DNA from: Pseudorhodoplanes sp. | GTDB lineage: Bacteria > Pseudomonadota > Alphaproteobacteria > Rhizobiales > Xanthobacteraceae | DNA: 64,000 nt | Direction: 5' to 3' | NCBI RefSeq assembly: GCF_035565795.1 | Contig: NZ_DATMRV010000200.1 | Span: forward strand, 496 to 64,495 | Shown here: one piece after another, positions 28,492 to 38,019 of the stretch | How the letters are laid out: each line of letters opens with the position of its first letter | Position numbering within the stretch: the stretch's first letter is position 1 | Translations under genes and position numbers: made by a program | Notes under the pieces: generated by a model | What the model was told of the DNA's origin: nothing | The model's input: only the letters and a program-made list of their open reading frames with translations | The model's database searches: none

Positions 28492-29679
28492 TTAGCTGGC
28501 CGCCGCCGCACCGGGCAATAGCGCCGAGCGCGTTCGCGCGAGGGTATCGTAAAGGGCGACGATTTCGGCCCCGATCCGGGCACTGGAAAACTCGTTCTCG
28601 ACCATGGTCCGGCCGGCGGCTCCGAGGCGCCGGCGCAAGGCTGGATCGCGCGCAAGCACCGAAATGGCTCCCGCCAGCGCCGCAGGATCGTCCGGCGGGA
28701 CCAGGAAAGCATTGACATTGTGGCGCGCGATTTCCCTGCAGCCGGGAACGTCGGTCGCCACAATCGGACGGCCAAACGCCGCGGCTTCAAGCAGGCTTTT
28801 GGGCAACCCCTCCCGCCGCGACGGAAGGACCGCGATGTGGGCCCGCTCCCAGACTTTTTCGATCCCGGACACGTGCCCCAGCAGTTTGACTCCATGATGC
28901 TGCCGCCAGCCTTCGACCTCCTCCGCCGGGATCGAGGCCGGATTGGCCGGGTCGCGGTCTCCCGCGATCATGAGCCGGACCTTCTCGCCATGCTCGGCCA
29001 TCATCGCTTGCGCTTCGACAAGCGGGCGCACGCCCTTGTCATCGAGCAACCTCCCGACAAAAGCGGCTGTTACCTCACCAGACGGCTCCGGAAGCGGTTT
29101 AAGCACGTCGGTGTCGATGCCCGACCCGGGGATCAGGTGCACGCGCTCCGACGCGACACCGAGAGCCTGCACCGCCTCGCGATCATCCGGATTCTGCACC
29201 AGCACGGCGGAAAGAGGCTTGTTGAACAGGACGCGTACAAGCGCCGTCAGGACGGGGCGCATAGCAAGCGCACTGACGCTGCGGGAGGTAAAGACAAAAC
29301 CCAGCCCGGCCAGGGCATTGAGAGTCATGACAGGGAGGCCGATTGCAGCCAGTGAGCCGACAATCGAGGGCTGCAGCGCGACGTGGTGGACAAGGTCCGG
29401 CTTCAGGTGGCGATACAAATCACGGACCTGCCGCACGATCGAAGCCACACTAAGCGGATTGGTACTGCCACGCTGCCAGTCGAGCGGATGCAGTGTGAAA
29501 CCTCTTGCCTCGATCTCGGTACCATGTGCCTTAACGCGTGTGGCGACATGGACACGATAGCCGGCACGCTGCGCGGCCAGCGCCATAGGCAACCGATGCG
29601 AGACGAAATACCAGTCCTCGGTGACGAGATAGACCAGCACCGGCCCGGTGGATACCCTCTTCGTGCTCGGCTCAGGCAT
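28492..29679 (-). CDS. Glycosyltransferase family 4 (CapM-like)
   Basis: TEDWYFVSHR, VQNPDD, GRLLDDKGV, PSRREGLPKSLLEAAA, TDVPGCRE. Confidence 0.93.
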   Translation of the reverse strand: MPEPSTKRVSTGPVLVYLVTEDWYFVSHRLPMALAAQRAGYRVHVATRVKAHGTEIEARGFTLHPLDWQRGSTNPLSVASIVRQVRDLYRHLKPDLVHHVALQPSIVGSLAAIGLPVMTLNALAGLGFVFTSRSVSALAMRPVLTALVRVLFNKPLSAVLVQNPDDREAVQALGVASERVHLIPGSGIDTDVLKPLPEPSGEVTAAFVGRLLDDKGVRPLVEAQAMMAEHGEKVRLMIAGDRDPANPASIPAEEVEGWRQHHGVKLLGHVSGIEKVWERAHIAVLPSRREGLPKSLLEAAAFGRPIVATDVPGCREIARHNVNAFLVPPDDPAALAGAISVLARDPALRRRLGAAGRTMVENEFSSARIGAEIVALYDTLARTRSALLPGAAAAS

Positions 29680-29816
29680 TAAATCCTTGGTATGCTCAAA
29701 AAAGCTTGACGGGGCGGCATGCCCCTTGTTCCAGTCCGCCCGCTCGGAGTGTTCGCACAGGTAGATGGCCTGCTGTTCCAAGCTCTAGCAGGGGGATCGT
29801 CAGATCAGAAGCCTAG

Positions 29817-30821
29817 ATGCGCGTCGATAGCTCCACCGTGCCGAATGGCAGCCCGCCCCGATGGCGGCGGCGCGCAATAGAGCTCGCGGCCACCGTCGCG
29901 GTGGCCGCAACCTTGCTGGCGCTCACGCTGCATTTCGTCGACATGCAGCGGGTCGCCGATGGCTTGCGCAAGATCGGCGTGACGGCCGCGTTGCTTGCCA
30001 CATTCCTGATGCTCGTGCAGGTCGTGCTATGCGCGCTGCGGTGGATGCTGATCACCCGGCTCACACCGACGCCGCTGCCGTTAGGAATCGCAATGCGGGG
30101 ATATCTGGAGGCTGCCTTTGTGAATGCGTTTCTGCCCAGCCTGATTGCAAGCGACGGAACACGGATGGTTCGCGCCGTCGCCGGTGGCGCGAGTCCGACC
30201 CAGGCGTTCGTAGGTGTCGCAACCGACCGCCTGGTCGCGCTGTGCGCGCTGGCCCTCGCTTCCGCGACTGGTCTGCTGCTCCTCCCGGATGCAAGCCGTC
30301 ACCCGCTGATCGTCTTGGCCCTGGTCGGGCTGTTGCCTGCATTCGTGGTCGGGCTGGTCGTCCTCGATATTCTCGGTCGGACGTTCGTGCGCTTCCAGCA
30401 CTCCCGCATCGTGAGACCATTTCTGGAACTGGCGTCGCTGATGGAACGGCTACGAAGCATGCCCGGCCTCACTCTGCTCGTCCTTATGATTTCGCTTGCC
30501 GGCCAGGCATTGTTGGCGGGTACGTTCTACGTGCTCGCGCGCCAGCTTGACCTCGGGATCGGATACTGGCCGATGTTCGCATTGTCGGCACCGATCATCG
30601 TCTATTCGGCGGTACCGATCTCCGTTGGAGGCTGGGGCGTTCGCGAGGCATTGAGCGCCGCATTGTTCGGCTTGATTGGTGTCGCGCCCGCTTCAGGGGT
30701 CGCGCTGTCAATCGCCTTCGGACTTGTCATTTCGGCAGTCGGCCTGTTTTGCGGTGCCCTTGCGCTGATCGCCACTATCCGGAGCCGGACGCTCGCATTG
30801 CAGAAGGCGGCGCAGTCGTGA
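29817..30821 (+). CDS. Lysylphosphatidylglycerol-synthase TM-domain membrane protein (putative lipid-linked sugar flippase)
   Basis: ALRW, NAFLPS..SDG.R, DRLV, PISVGGWGVRE; 8-9 TM segments. Confidence 0.85.
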   Translation: MRVDSSTVPNGSPPRWRRRAIELAATVAVAATLLALTLHFVDMQRVADGLRKIGVTAALLATFLMLVQVVLCALRWMLITRLTPTPLPLGIAMRGYLEAAFVNAFLPSLIASDGTRMVRAVAGGASPTQAFVGVATDRLVALCALALASATGLLLLPDASRHPLIVLALVGLLPAFVVGLVVLDILGRTFVRFQHSRIVRPFLELASLMERLRSMPGLTLLVLMISLAGQALLAGTFYVLARQLDLGIGYWPMFALSAPIIVYSAVPISVGGWGVREALSAALFGLIGVAPASGVALSIAFGLVISAVGLFCGALALIATIRSRTLALQKAAQS

Positions 30822-32278
30822 CGTTGAATGTGTCTCCTGAAATGGAGCGGGCGAGCGCGCGCAAGGGCGCAATCCTCGATCACGCCAACCGTATTGCAGG
30901 CGAGCGCCAGCGCTGGATCGCCCGCAACCGCGCGTTCTATCGCGATGACCGAAATTACATGAAGTTCCTGATCCCGAAGGGCGTGCGGGTTCTGGACCTC
31001 GGCTGCGGCACCGGCGACCTGCTGGCTGAACTCGAGCCGTCCTACGGCGTAGGAGTCGACATCAGCCCGGCAATGATCGACCAGGCGAAACGGCACTATC
31101 CGCAGCTGTCTTTTACTGTCGGCGACATCGAGGACGACACCGTCATCGCAGGAATCGACGGCCCCTTCGACTACATCGTGCTGTCCGATACGATCGGCAT
31201 GCTGGACGATATCGAGACCGCGCTCCGGCGATTGCAGCCGCTTTGTGGTCCGGACACCCGCCTCGTCATCGCTTATTACTCTGCAATCTGGGAGCCATTG
31301 CTGAAGATTGCGGAAGCGGCCGGACAGAAGATGCCGCAGCCGCCCACCAACTTTCTCAATACCACCGATTTCCTCAACATCCTCGATCTGGCGGATTTTG
31401 AGCCGATCAAGATGGATTACCGGCAGTTGGTGCCGCGGCGCCTGTTCGGGCTTGGCACTCTGATCAACCGCTTCATCGCGCCGATCCCGGGGATCCGTCG
31501 GTTTTGCTTACGCACCTATGTGGTGGCGCGCTCCCTGACTGCAGAACGTCCGGCGCAGTTGTCGGCCAGCATCATCATTCCCTGCCGCAACGAACGCGGC
31601 AATATCGAAGCGGCAATAAAGCGGCTGCCCGCATTCGGAAAGAAGCAGGAGATCATCTACGTAGAAGGCAATTCCAGCGACGGGACCTATGAGGAATGTT
31701 TGCGCGTGCAGCAGGCTTATGCCGCCACGCATACAATCAAGGTGCTCAAGCAAGATGGCCGCGGCAAGGGCGACGCCGTGCGGAAGGCTTTTGCGAATGC
31801 CACAGGCGATGTCCTGATGATCCTTGACGCCGACCTCACTATGCCGCCCGAGGCGCTGCCCAAATTCTACTCGGCGATCGTCAGCGGCAAGGCCGACTTC
31901 GTGAACGGCACGCGGCTCGTCTATCCGATGGAGAATCAGGCGATGCGGCCGCTGAACTTCATCGCCAATCGATTCTTTGCTGGCGTGTTCAGCTACCTCG
32001 TCAATCAGCGCTTCAGCGATACGCTCTGCGGCACCAAAGTCCTAACCCGCCAGCATTACGAGGCGATCGCGCGTGGACGCGACTATTTCGGCGAATTTGA
32101 TCCGTTCGGCGACTTCGACCTGATTTTCGGCGCGTCCAAGCAAAACCTCAAGATCGTGGAGGTGCCAGTCCATTACAGCGCACGCGTTTATGGCGAGACG
32201 CAGATTTCTCGCTTCCGCGACGGCTGGCTGCTCCTGCGCATGGTGGGCTTCGCCTTCATGAAGCTGAAGGCATTCTGA
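30818..32278 (+). CDS. Class I SAM methyltransferase - GT2 (polyprenyl-phosphate glycosyltransferase-like) fusion
   Basis: N-terminal VLDLGCGTG; C-terminal IIIPCRNERGNI, SSDGT, GKGDAVR, ILDADL, DTLCGTK, FGDFDL; GTGA overlap. Confidence 0.9.
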   Translation: MTLNVSPEMERASARKGAILDHANRIAGERQRWIARNRAFYRDDRNYMKFLIPKGVRVLDLGCGTGDLLAELEPSYGVGVDISPAMIDQAKRHYPQLSFTVGDIEDDTVIAGIDGPFDYIVLSDTIGMLDDIETALRRLQPLCGPDTRLVIAYYSAIWEPLLKIAEAAGQKMPQPPTNFLNTTDFLNILDLADFEPIKMDYRQLVPRRLFGLGTLINRFIAPIPGIRRFCLRTYVVARSLTAERPAQLSASIIIPCRNERGNIEAAIKRLPAFGKKQEIIYVEGNSSDGTYEECLRVQQAYAATHTIKVLKQDGRGKGDAVRKAFANATGDVLMILDADLTMPPEALPKFYSAIVSGKADFVNGTRLVYPMENQAMRPLNFIANRFFAGVFSYLVNQRFSDTLCGTKVLTRQHYEAIARGRDYFGEFDPFGDFDLIFGASKQNLKIVEVPVHYSARVYGETQISRFRDGWLLLRMVGFAFMKLKAF

Positions 32279-32286
32279 GTGCCGCC

Positions 32287-33018
32287 ATGGCAGCACCTTT
32301 AACCCCGGCCGATTATCGTGCGATCTGGGACAAGAAGCCCGTCCTTCGCCTCATCTATGAGGACATCTACCGCCGTATGGCGGCTGAACTGACGCGGGGC
32401 CGGACGCTCGAAATCGGTGGCGGCTCGGGAAATTTCAAGGCGTTCGCACCCGACACATTGTCGAGCGATATCGTTCCGGCCCCCTGGCTCGACCTGGTCT
32501 GCGATGCCCAGCGGCTGCCATTTGCTTCAGGAAGCTTCGACAATGTCGTGATGGTCGATGTGCTGCATCACATCGAGTTTCCTGTTCGCGCCCTGCGCGA
32601 GATTGTCGATGTGCTCAGACCGGGCGGCCGCTTCATCATGTGCGAGCCGGCAATCACGCCAGTCAGCGGATTGTTCTACAGGAACTTCCATCCGGAGCCG
32701 GTGGATATGACCGCAGATCCACTCGCGGACGGCAAGATATCTCCGGACAAGGATCCGTTTGATTCCAATCAGGCGATACCGACACTGCTGACAGGGCGCG
32801 ATCGTGAACGTTTGTCCAAAGCAATACCCGAGCTGCAGCTGCAATCGCTCGGACATTTTTCTTTCGTTGCCTACCCGCTTTCCGGTGGCTTTCGTCCATG
32901 GTCGCTAATTCCACTTTCGCTCGCGAAATCTCTGCTCTCGATCGAGTGGAAATTGCGAAAAGTCTTCGGCCGCATCGCCGCATTCCGCTTGCTCGCGGTG
33001 TACGAGAAGATCCGTTAG
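32287..33018 (+). CDS. Class I SAM-dependent methyltransferase
   Basis: LEIGGGSG, DAQRLPF..SFD, DVLHH, LRPGGR. Confidence 0.9.
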   Translation: MAAPLTPADYRAIWDKKPVLRLIYEDIYRRMAAELTRGRTLEIGGGSGNFKAFAPDTLSSDIVPAPWLDLVCDAQRLPFASGSFDNVVMVDVLHHIEFPVRALREIVDVLRPGGRFIMCEPAITPVSGLFYRNFHPEPVDMTADPLADGKISPDKDPFDSNQAIPTLLTGRDRERLSKAIPELQLQSLGHFSFVAYPLSGGFRPWSLIPLSLAKSLLSIEWKLRKVFGRIAAFRLLAVYEKIR

Positions 33019-34386
33019 ATGCAGGCCGATTTCCGATCGTTATCGGCACGGGTTTTTCTCGCCGCGTTTGGTGTGCGCGCGATCTACGCCCTCGGTCTCT
33101 ATGCGACAATGGGAGACGCTGGGCTGATGGCTCCCGACTCAGTCGGCTTCTACGCGACCACGCAGGCTTTTGTCCAAAGTCTTGCTAACGGCACGGCACC
33201 ACTCTGGCAATGGGTCAGCGGGCCAGACCTGCAATTGATGCCGCTGTTCACATGGCTGCTGGCCGCGAATATCATGCTGTTCGGCAAGGAAGCGGCCCTG
33301 ACCTTCGTCCTGCTGCAAGCTGTAATCGATTCTGGCACCTGTGTCCTCGTATGCCTAATGGCCGCACGATTTCACGAACGACTCGCTGTTCCGGCCGCAA
33401 TCGCAGCAATCCTCAATCCGACCCAAGTCGTCATTGCCGGTCTTGTCTTTTCCGACACGCTCTTCGTGTTCTTCGTAGCGCTTTTCCTCTACGGCTCACT
33501 TCGATGGTTACGACGCCCTGATTGGCACTCGGCTATTCTGATCGGCCTTGGCCTAGGCGGAGGCGCGCTGAGCCGCGTGGTGCTTAGCTACTGGGTTCCC
33601 GCCTTTATCGCATTTCTATTCGTGAGCCTGCTCGTTCGCCGGCAGGTGAACAGGCGCCATCTCGCGCAACTCGCGGTCATCGTATTGATTTATGCGATAG
33701 GCGTCAGTCCGGTGGTCATCCGCAATACGCTGCAATTCGGATCATTCTCCGTCACGGCGCAAAGCGAGACCCATCTTCTTTACTGGATCGTCCCCCTCGT
33801 CAGCGAAGCGAAAGACGGGACCACGTGGGAGGTTGGCGTCAAAAAGATGCAGGATCGCGTGCGCGCCCGATATGGCGAGCTGGAAGGTGACGCCTTTGAA
33901 AACGCCCCGAAATTGCGGGCTGTAGCGACCGAGGCCCTGCGCGAACTAGGCCCCCTGGCGATCGCCAAGGCCTGGCTCTACGGGGCAGCCATCAATCTCG
34001 GGGCGCCCTCCATCACCTATATGCCGCCAGTGGCACAGATGCCGCGGACGGGTTTCTATGCGACGCGCGGAGATAGCTTCGCCGGGAAGATCACGAATTT
34101 CCTGCTTTACTCCGACGCTGCCTGGTATGCTCGCCTGCTTCTGATCGGGATTGCGGGCCTCACCCTCATCAGATTGGTGCAGGCGATCGGCCTCGTGAGC
34201 CTGGCCTGCAGCCAGGTGTTTACTGCGGGGGTATTTCTGCTTGTGTTCTGGGGCGGTTATATCCTCGCGATCAACGGCCCCGTCGCGTCGCCGAAATATC
34301 GCCTGCCGCTTGAGCCCCCCCTCAATATTCTCACCGCGGCGGGATATTGCGCGCTACGCGCGCGGTGGAAACGACGCGAGGCATGA
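33019..34386 (+). CDS. GT-C (ArnT/PMT-like) membrane glycosyltransferase
   Basis: PDS..FY luminal motif, SDTLFVFF, VIRN, C-terminal PKYRLPLEP; about 11 TM helices. Confidence 0.8.
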   Translation: MQADFRSLSARVFLAAFGVRAIYALGLYATMGDAGLMAPDSVGFYATTQAFVQSLANGTAPLWQWVSGPDLQLMPLFTWLLAANIMLFGKEAALTFVLLQAVIDSGTCVLVCLMAARFHERLAVPAAIAAILNPTQVVIAGLVFSDTLFVFFVALFLYGSLRWLRRPDWHSAILIGLGLGGGALSRVVLSYWVPAFIAFLFVSLLVRRQVNRRHLAQLAVIVLIYAIGVSPVVIRNTLQFGSFSVTAQSETHLLYWIVPLVSEAKDGTTWEVGVKKMQDRVRARYGELEGDAFENAPKLRAVATEALRELGPLAIAKAWLYGAAINLGAPSITYMPPVAQMPRTGFYATRGDSFAGKITNFLLYSDAAWYARLLLIGIAGLTLIRLVQAIGLVSLACSQVFTAGVFLLVFWGGYILAINGPVASPKYRLPLEPPLNILTAAGYCALRARWKRREA

Positions 34387-34414
34387 CGGCAACGCGCCTG
34401 CGAGCAAATCCTTC

Positions 34415-35503
34415 TTAGCGCTCGGAATAGAGCGTTGCAAAATGGTCTGCTACACGGTCGAGGGTAAAATTCTGTTCAATCCTCGTCCGCGCGGCGAGAC
34501 CGCGGTGCCTCAATTGCTGGGCAGGCAAGGCCGCGAGCGAATTCAGCTCCCGTGCCAGAGACGCCGGGTCACGCGGCGGAATCTCCACGCCGACATCCCC
34601 TATGATCAGCCGGGCATCGCCGATAGCGGTCGTAATCGGAATCAACCCGCTGCTCATCCCCTCCGCAAGGACGTTCGAGAACCCCTCTGCAAACACGGAC
34701 GTAGACACGACGATGTCCGCCGCCGCGTAGAGCTGGTGTACATCGGCTCTCACACCGAGCGCCTTGACATTTGGCGGTACCTGTAACGTGTCGGTACCGA
34801 GCCCCACGATGATCCCGCTCAATGCGGGGCACAGCGCCATCGCATCAAGAAACGTTCGATGGTCCTTCATCGGATCGAGGCGCGCAACGTGAATCGTTAC
34901 AACCGCATCTGGCGCGATGCCAAACTCGCGGCGAAACGCAGCGCGGACCGCGCCATCGGGGCGATACCGAGCCATATCAATCCCGTTCGGGATGACGCAG
35001 GCTCGCTTTGGCCGATAGCCCTTGGCGAGATGAAAGTCGAGACCGGCCTTGGAATTTGCGAGGATCACGTCGGCTCGAGCCGAAAGTAGAGCACTAAGCC
35101 TTAAAATGCGGCCGTACCCCGCGTGGTCGGTGTTCGACGCGCGGATATTCCAGAAGAGACGCCGACGCGCGCGCCCGGTTGTCATACCATGCGCCAGCGT
35201 CGCAAACAGGTCGCCGTGATACATCCACCCTTGCAGGATCGTGGGTCGAAACCGCATAGCGATGGACCGGAGCCGCATCGCGCAGCCGGGCACTTGTACC
35301 GCCGTCCGCAAGCCCAGCGCACTGACGCCGATACCGAGGGCCTCGATCTCCGCCGCTTTCGCGTCACGTCCACCGACACTGACGACGTGCTGCTCAAAGC
35401 CGCGATCTCGAAGCGCACCGGCGAGCCGCACCAGCATGGTCTCAGCGCCGCCAGTGCCAAGACCGCTGATGACGTGAAGAATGGCGTGTCTCGATTCGGT
35501 CAA
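34415..35503 (-). CDS. Glycosyltransferase family 4
   Basis: HVISGLGTGGAE, QGWMYH, IPNG, ARLDPMKDH, EGFSNVLAEGM. Confidence 0.93.
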   Translation of the reverse strand: MTESRHAILHVISGLGTGGAETMLVRLAGALRDRGFEQHVVSVGGRDAKAAEIEALGIGVSALGLRTAVQVPGCAMRLRSIAMRFRPTILQGWMYHGDLFATLAHGMTTGRARRRLFWNIRASNTDHAGYGRILRLSALLSARADVILANSKAGLDFHLAKGYRPKRACVIPNGIDMARYRPDGAVRAAFRREFGIAPDAVVTIHVARLDPMKDHRTFLDAMALCPALSGIIVGLGTDTLQVPPNVKALGVRADVHQLYAAADIVVSTSVFAEGFSNVLAEGMSSGLIPITTAIGDARLIIGDVGVEIPPRDPASLARELNSLAALPAQQLRHRGLAARTRIEQNFTLDRVADHFATLYSER

Positions 35504-36627
35504 CGCGTTTGCACCCTGTTGCGCGCTGAAGCGACTTGCTTCAGCATGGTCGCGTATTCACGCGCAACCCGATCGGATTCGTATCGGCGGGCCGCAGTTA
35601 CCCCCGCGGCAGCCAACCGCCGCGACAACGCGTCATCCGACAGAACCTCGCCGATGGTACGCGCCAGGTCCGCTGCGTCCTCGGGTTTGACCAGACGACC
35701 GGTCTCGCCATCCTGAATGATGTCAGCAGGCCCGTAAGGGCAATCGGTAGCCACTACCGGTAGACCGGCCGCCATCGCCTCGACGATCACATGCCCGAAC
35801 CCCTCCCAGCGCGACGACAGTACAAACAGATCGGCGTGGGCGAGATAGGGTGCCGTGTCCTTAACAAAGCCTGGCAGATGCACGCGCGAGGCTACTCCAA
35901 GCTGCTCCGCCAAACGCTCCAAAGCGCCGCGCTCTGCGCCCTCGCCCAGGATCGTAACATGCGCGCCGGGGACCTGCTCAAGGCCCCGCAGCAGCACATC
36001 GAACCCTTTCTGACCGTGCAAGCGCCCGACGGCAACAATATGCGGGTAGCCGGCCCCAAAGCCTTCGGGCGCCGCCTTGGCTCGCGCGCTTTCGATTTTC
36101 CGTTGGATCGCGTCGACAAACACCGGATTGGGAATTGTAATGGTCTTGCTCTCGTCGAGCGCAAGGTCCGCAATAAGCTCCCTCCGAACGCCCTCGGACA
36201 GCGCAACAACGCAGTCGGCCCGGCGATAAGCGATCCGCGCCAACGATTTCCGCAGGCGACCGAGCTCCGGCCTGGCACTTTGGCTGTTAGTTTCCCGCAG
36301 CACCAGCGCCGCATCGCTGCGCGCCATGGCGCGCGACACCGACGCGATGACATTCGCGTCCATCATTGTGGATAATACGACGTCAGGCCTACTGCTATGG
36401 ATCAGGCGCGCGAGCGGGACCGCAGCCTTGATGAGCCGGCTGGCACCGAGATCGTGAAACTTGAGCCCCGGTGCGATCCATTCCATAGCCTCTCCCTTCG
36501 CGGTACCGACCGCAAGGGTGAGATCGACGAGATCCCGCGGCATCGCCGCCGCGAGATTTAGCATCGTCCTCTGAGCGCCCCCGCCGCCTAGGTCCGGCAG
36601 AAAAAACAACGCCGAAATCGGAGACAT
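35500..36627 (-). CDS. Glycosyltransferase family 4
   Basis: GGGAQR, IPNPV, GRLHGQKGFD, SSRWEGFGHVIVEAMA, TDCPYGP. Confidence 0.93.
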   Translation of the reverse strand: MSPISALFFLPDLGGGGAQRTMLNLAAAMPRDLVDLTLAVGTAKGEAMEWIAPGLKFHDLGASRLIKAAVPLARLIHSSRPDVVLSTMMDANVIASVSRAMARSDAALVLRETNSQSARPELGRLRKSLARIAYRRADCVVALSEGVRRELIADLALDESKTITIPNPVFVDAIQRKIESARAKAAPEGFGAGYPHIVAVGRLHGQKGFDVLLRGLEQVPGAHVTILGEGAERGALERLAEQLGVASRVHLPGFVKDTAPYLAHADLFVLSSRWEGFGHVIVEAMAAGLPVVATDCPYGPADIIQDGETGRLVKPEDAADLARTIGEVLSDDALSRRLAAAGVTAARRYESDRVAREYATMLKQVASARNRVQTR

Positions 36628-36629
36628 AT

Positions 36630-37334
36630 CTAGCGTCGCGCGACGAAAAGATCCCGGGGCACGGGAGACAGACTCGTCGGAAACCGCCCAAGGTGCGAGA
36701 CCGACGCAAAGCCAAATTCAGAGAGCCGGTCCGCAATCCACTCACGACCGGTCGGCTTCATGAATTCAAGCTCTCTTGCCCAACGGGTTTCAGTTTCTTC
36801 CGGTTGCCCGGTATCGAAAACAAGGGCCTCCGTCGCCCTGCCCGCAATCGCGGCGAGCACGGCGTCGGCGCTGTCACGACCGAAATAGCGAACCCAGTGA
36901 TGATAGATCGAAAGACAAACGACGATGTCCGTACGCGGAAGCCCCATCACCGACTTTTCGTCGAGCGTCAGCTCCATGAACGCGACGTTGCGAACGCCGG
37001 CTAGCGCGGCCCGTGCCCGCGCGGTCATTAATTCCGACCGGTCGTTATCAATGCCGAAACAAACCCCGCCCCGCTGTGCAAACCGGAATGTGAAAAATCC
37101 CTGGTTGCATCCAATGTCCATCACCGATGGCCTGGCAAGATCCGCCGTTGCTCGCGACATCGCGACAAAGCGCGCCTCGCATGCCCGTGGATCTCGCTGG
37201 CCTTCGATTGGAGAGAACGGGTCAGGTTGATAGCGGTGGGTGAGCGCCAATGCATTCTGCAATCCGAGGCGCAACCCGAGCAATGCCCGGCTGCCACGAT
37301 CCAGAACAACATTTCCGACATCTCTGAACTTCAT
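36630..37334 (-). CDS. Class I SAM methyltransferase, WbdD-MTase-like
   Basis: VMDIGCNQGFF and CLSIYHHW motifs; start MKFRDVG at an ATGA overlap (the longer track ORF overlaps the kinase gene). Confidence 0.82.
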   Translation of the reverse strand: MKFRDVGNVVLDRGSRALLGLRLGLQNALALTHRYQPDPFSPIEGQRDPRACEARFVAMSRATADLARPSVMDIGCNQGFFTFRFAQRGGVCFGIDNDRSELMTARARAALAGVRNVAFMELTLDEKSVMGLPRTDIVVCLSIYHHWVRYFGRDSADAVLAAIAGRATEALVFDTGQPEETETRWARELEFMKPTGREWIADRLSEFGFASVSHLGRFPTSLSPVPRDLFVARR

Positions 37335-38002
37335 TGACGCTGGTCCATCATCTTCGCTGAAAAGTGCTCTATCCGCGATGCGACCTCCTGCAGCGCGGCG
37401 GTATCGCCCAACGCCGGCGATTGAAGGGTCAGGACATTCCCGCCCCCACCTGCGAATCGCGAGACGATGACATCGCACAGCGACGAAGCCGCCTCGAAAT
37501 CTTCCATCGACACAGCCACATGCTGTCGCCGCATCGACTCGCATTGACGCCTGACATAACGGGCATTCGCCTCCGATGCCGACGTGTTCAGATATATGAT
37601 ACCGGCCGGCAGTGGCACACTGGTCCAAATCGGCTCGAACGGGAAATCGCGCCGGCCGCCGTGATATTCGCAGACAAAAGAGATCAGCGGCTGAATGACC
37701 CCCCCGTCGAGCACAATGCTTCCACGAGCCGGGCGGCGCAGATTGAGAGCCGCCATGCGGTAACCGAGTTTGGACAAAAGCCAACGCCCATCTTGGCGGG
37801 CAACGAACGGCAGCAGCGCACCCGGCTCTCTGGCCGTGGCACGAGCCACCAGCGACAGCATGTTTGCAAGGGCCTTGCCCCCTGCCGGTTGCACGGGATC
37901 AACTACGGCAGCATTTAAGGCTGCGCACTCAAGACTTCGCAACAACGAAAACAGCGTCGATTTACCCGCACCCGGCAACCCGACAACCTCGATGTAACCC
38001 AA
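37331..38002 (-). CDS. P-loop (NMP-kinase-like) protein
   Basis: N-terminal Walker A IEVVGLPGAGKST, VLDGG, IIYL...ARYVRR lid; translationally coupled to the downstream MTase. Confidence 0.72.
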   Translation of the reverse strand: MGYIEVVGLPGAGKSTLFSLLRSLECAALNAAVVDPVQPAGGKALANMLSLVARATAREPGALLPFVARQDGRWLLSKLGYRMAALNLRRPARGSIVLDGGVIQPLISFVCEYHGGRRDFPFEPIWTSVPLPAGIIYLNTSASEANARYVRRQCESMRRQHVAVSMEDFEAASSLCDVIVSRFAGGGGNVLTLQSPALGDTAALQEVASRIEHFSAKMMDQRQ

Positions 38003-38019
38003 TGATCGCTCCCGGACGC

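Noticed and set aside
37335-37784. Apparent long overlap of the 384-aa MTase ORF with the kinase gene
   Set aside because: The real start is at 37334 via an ATGA overlap; the extension is not protein-like.
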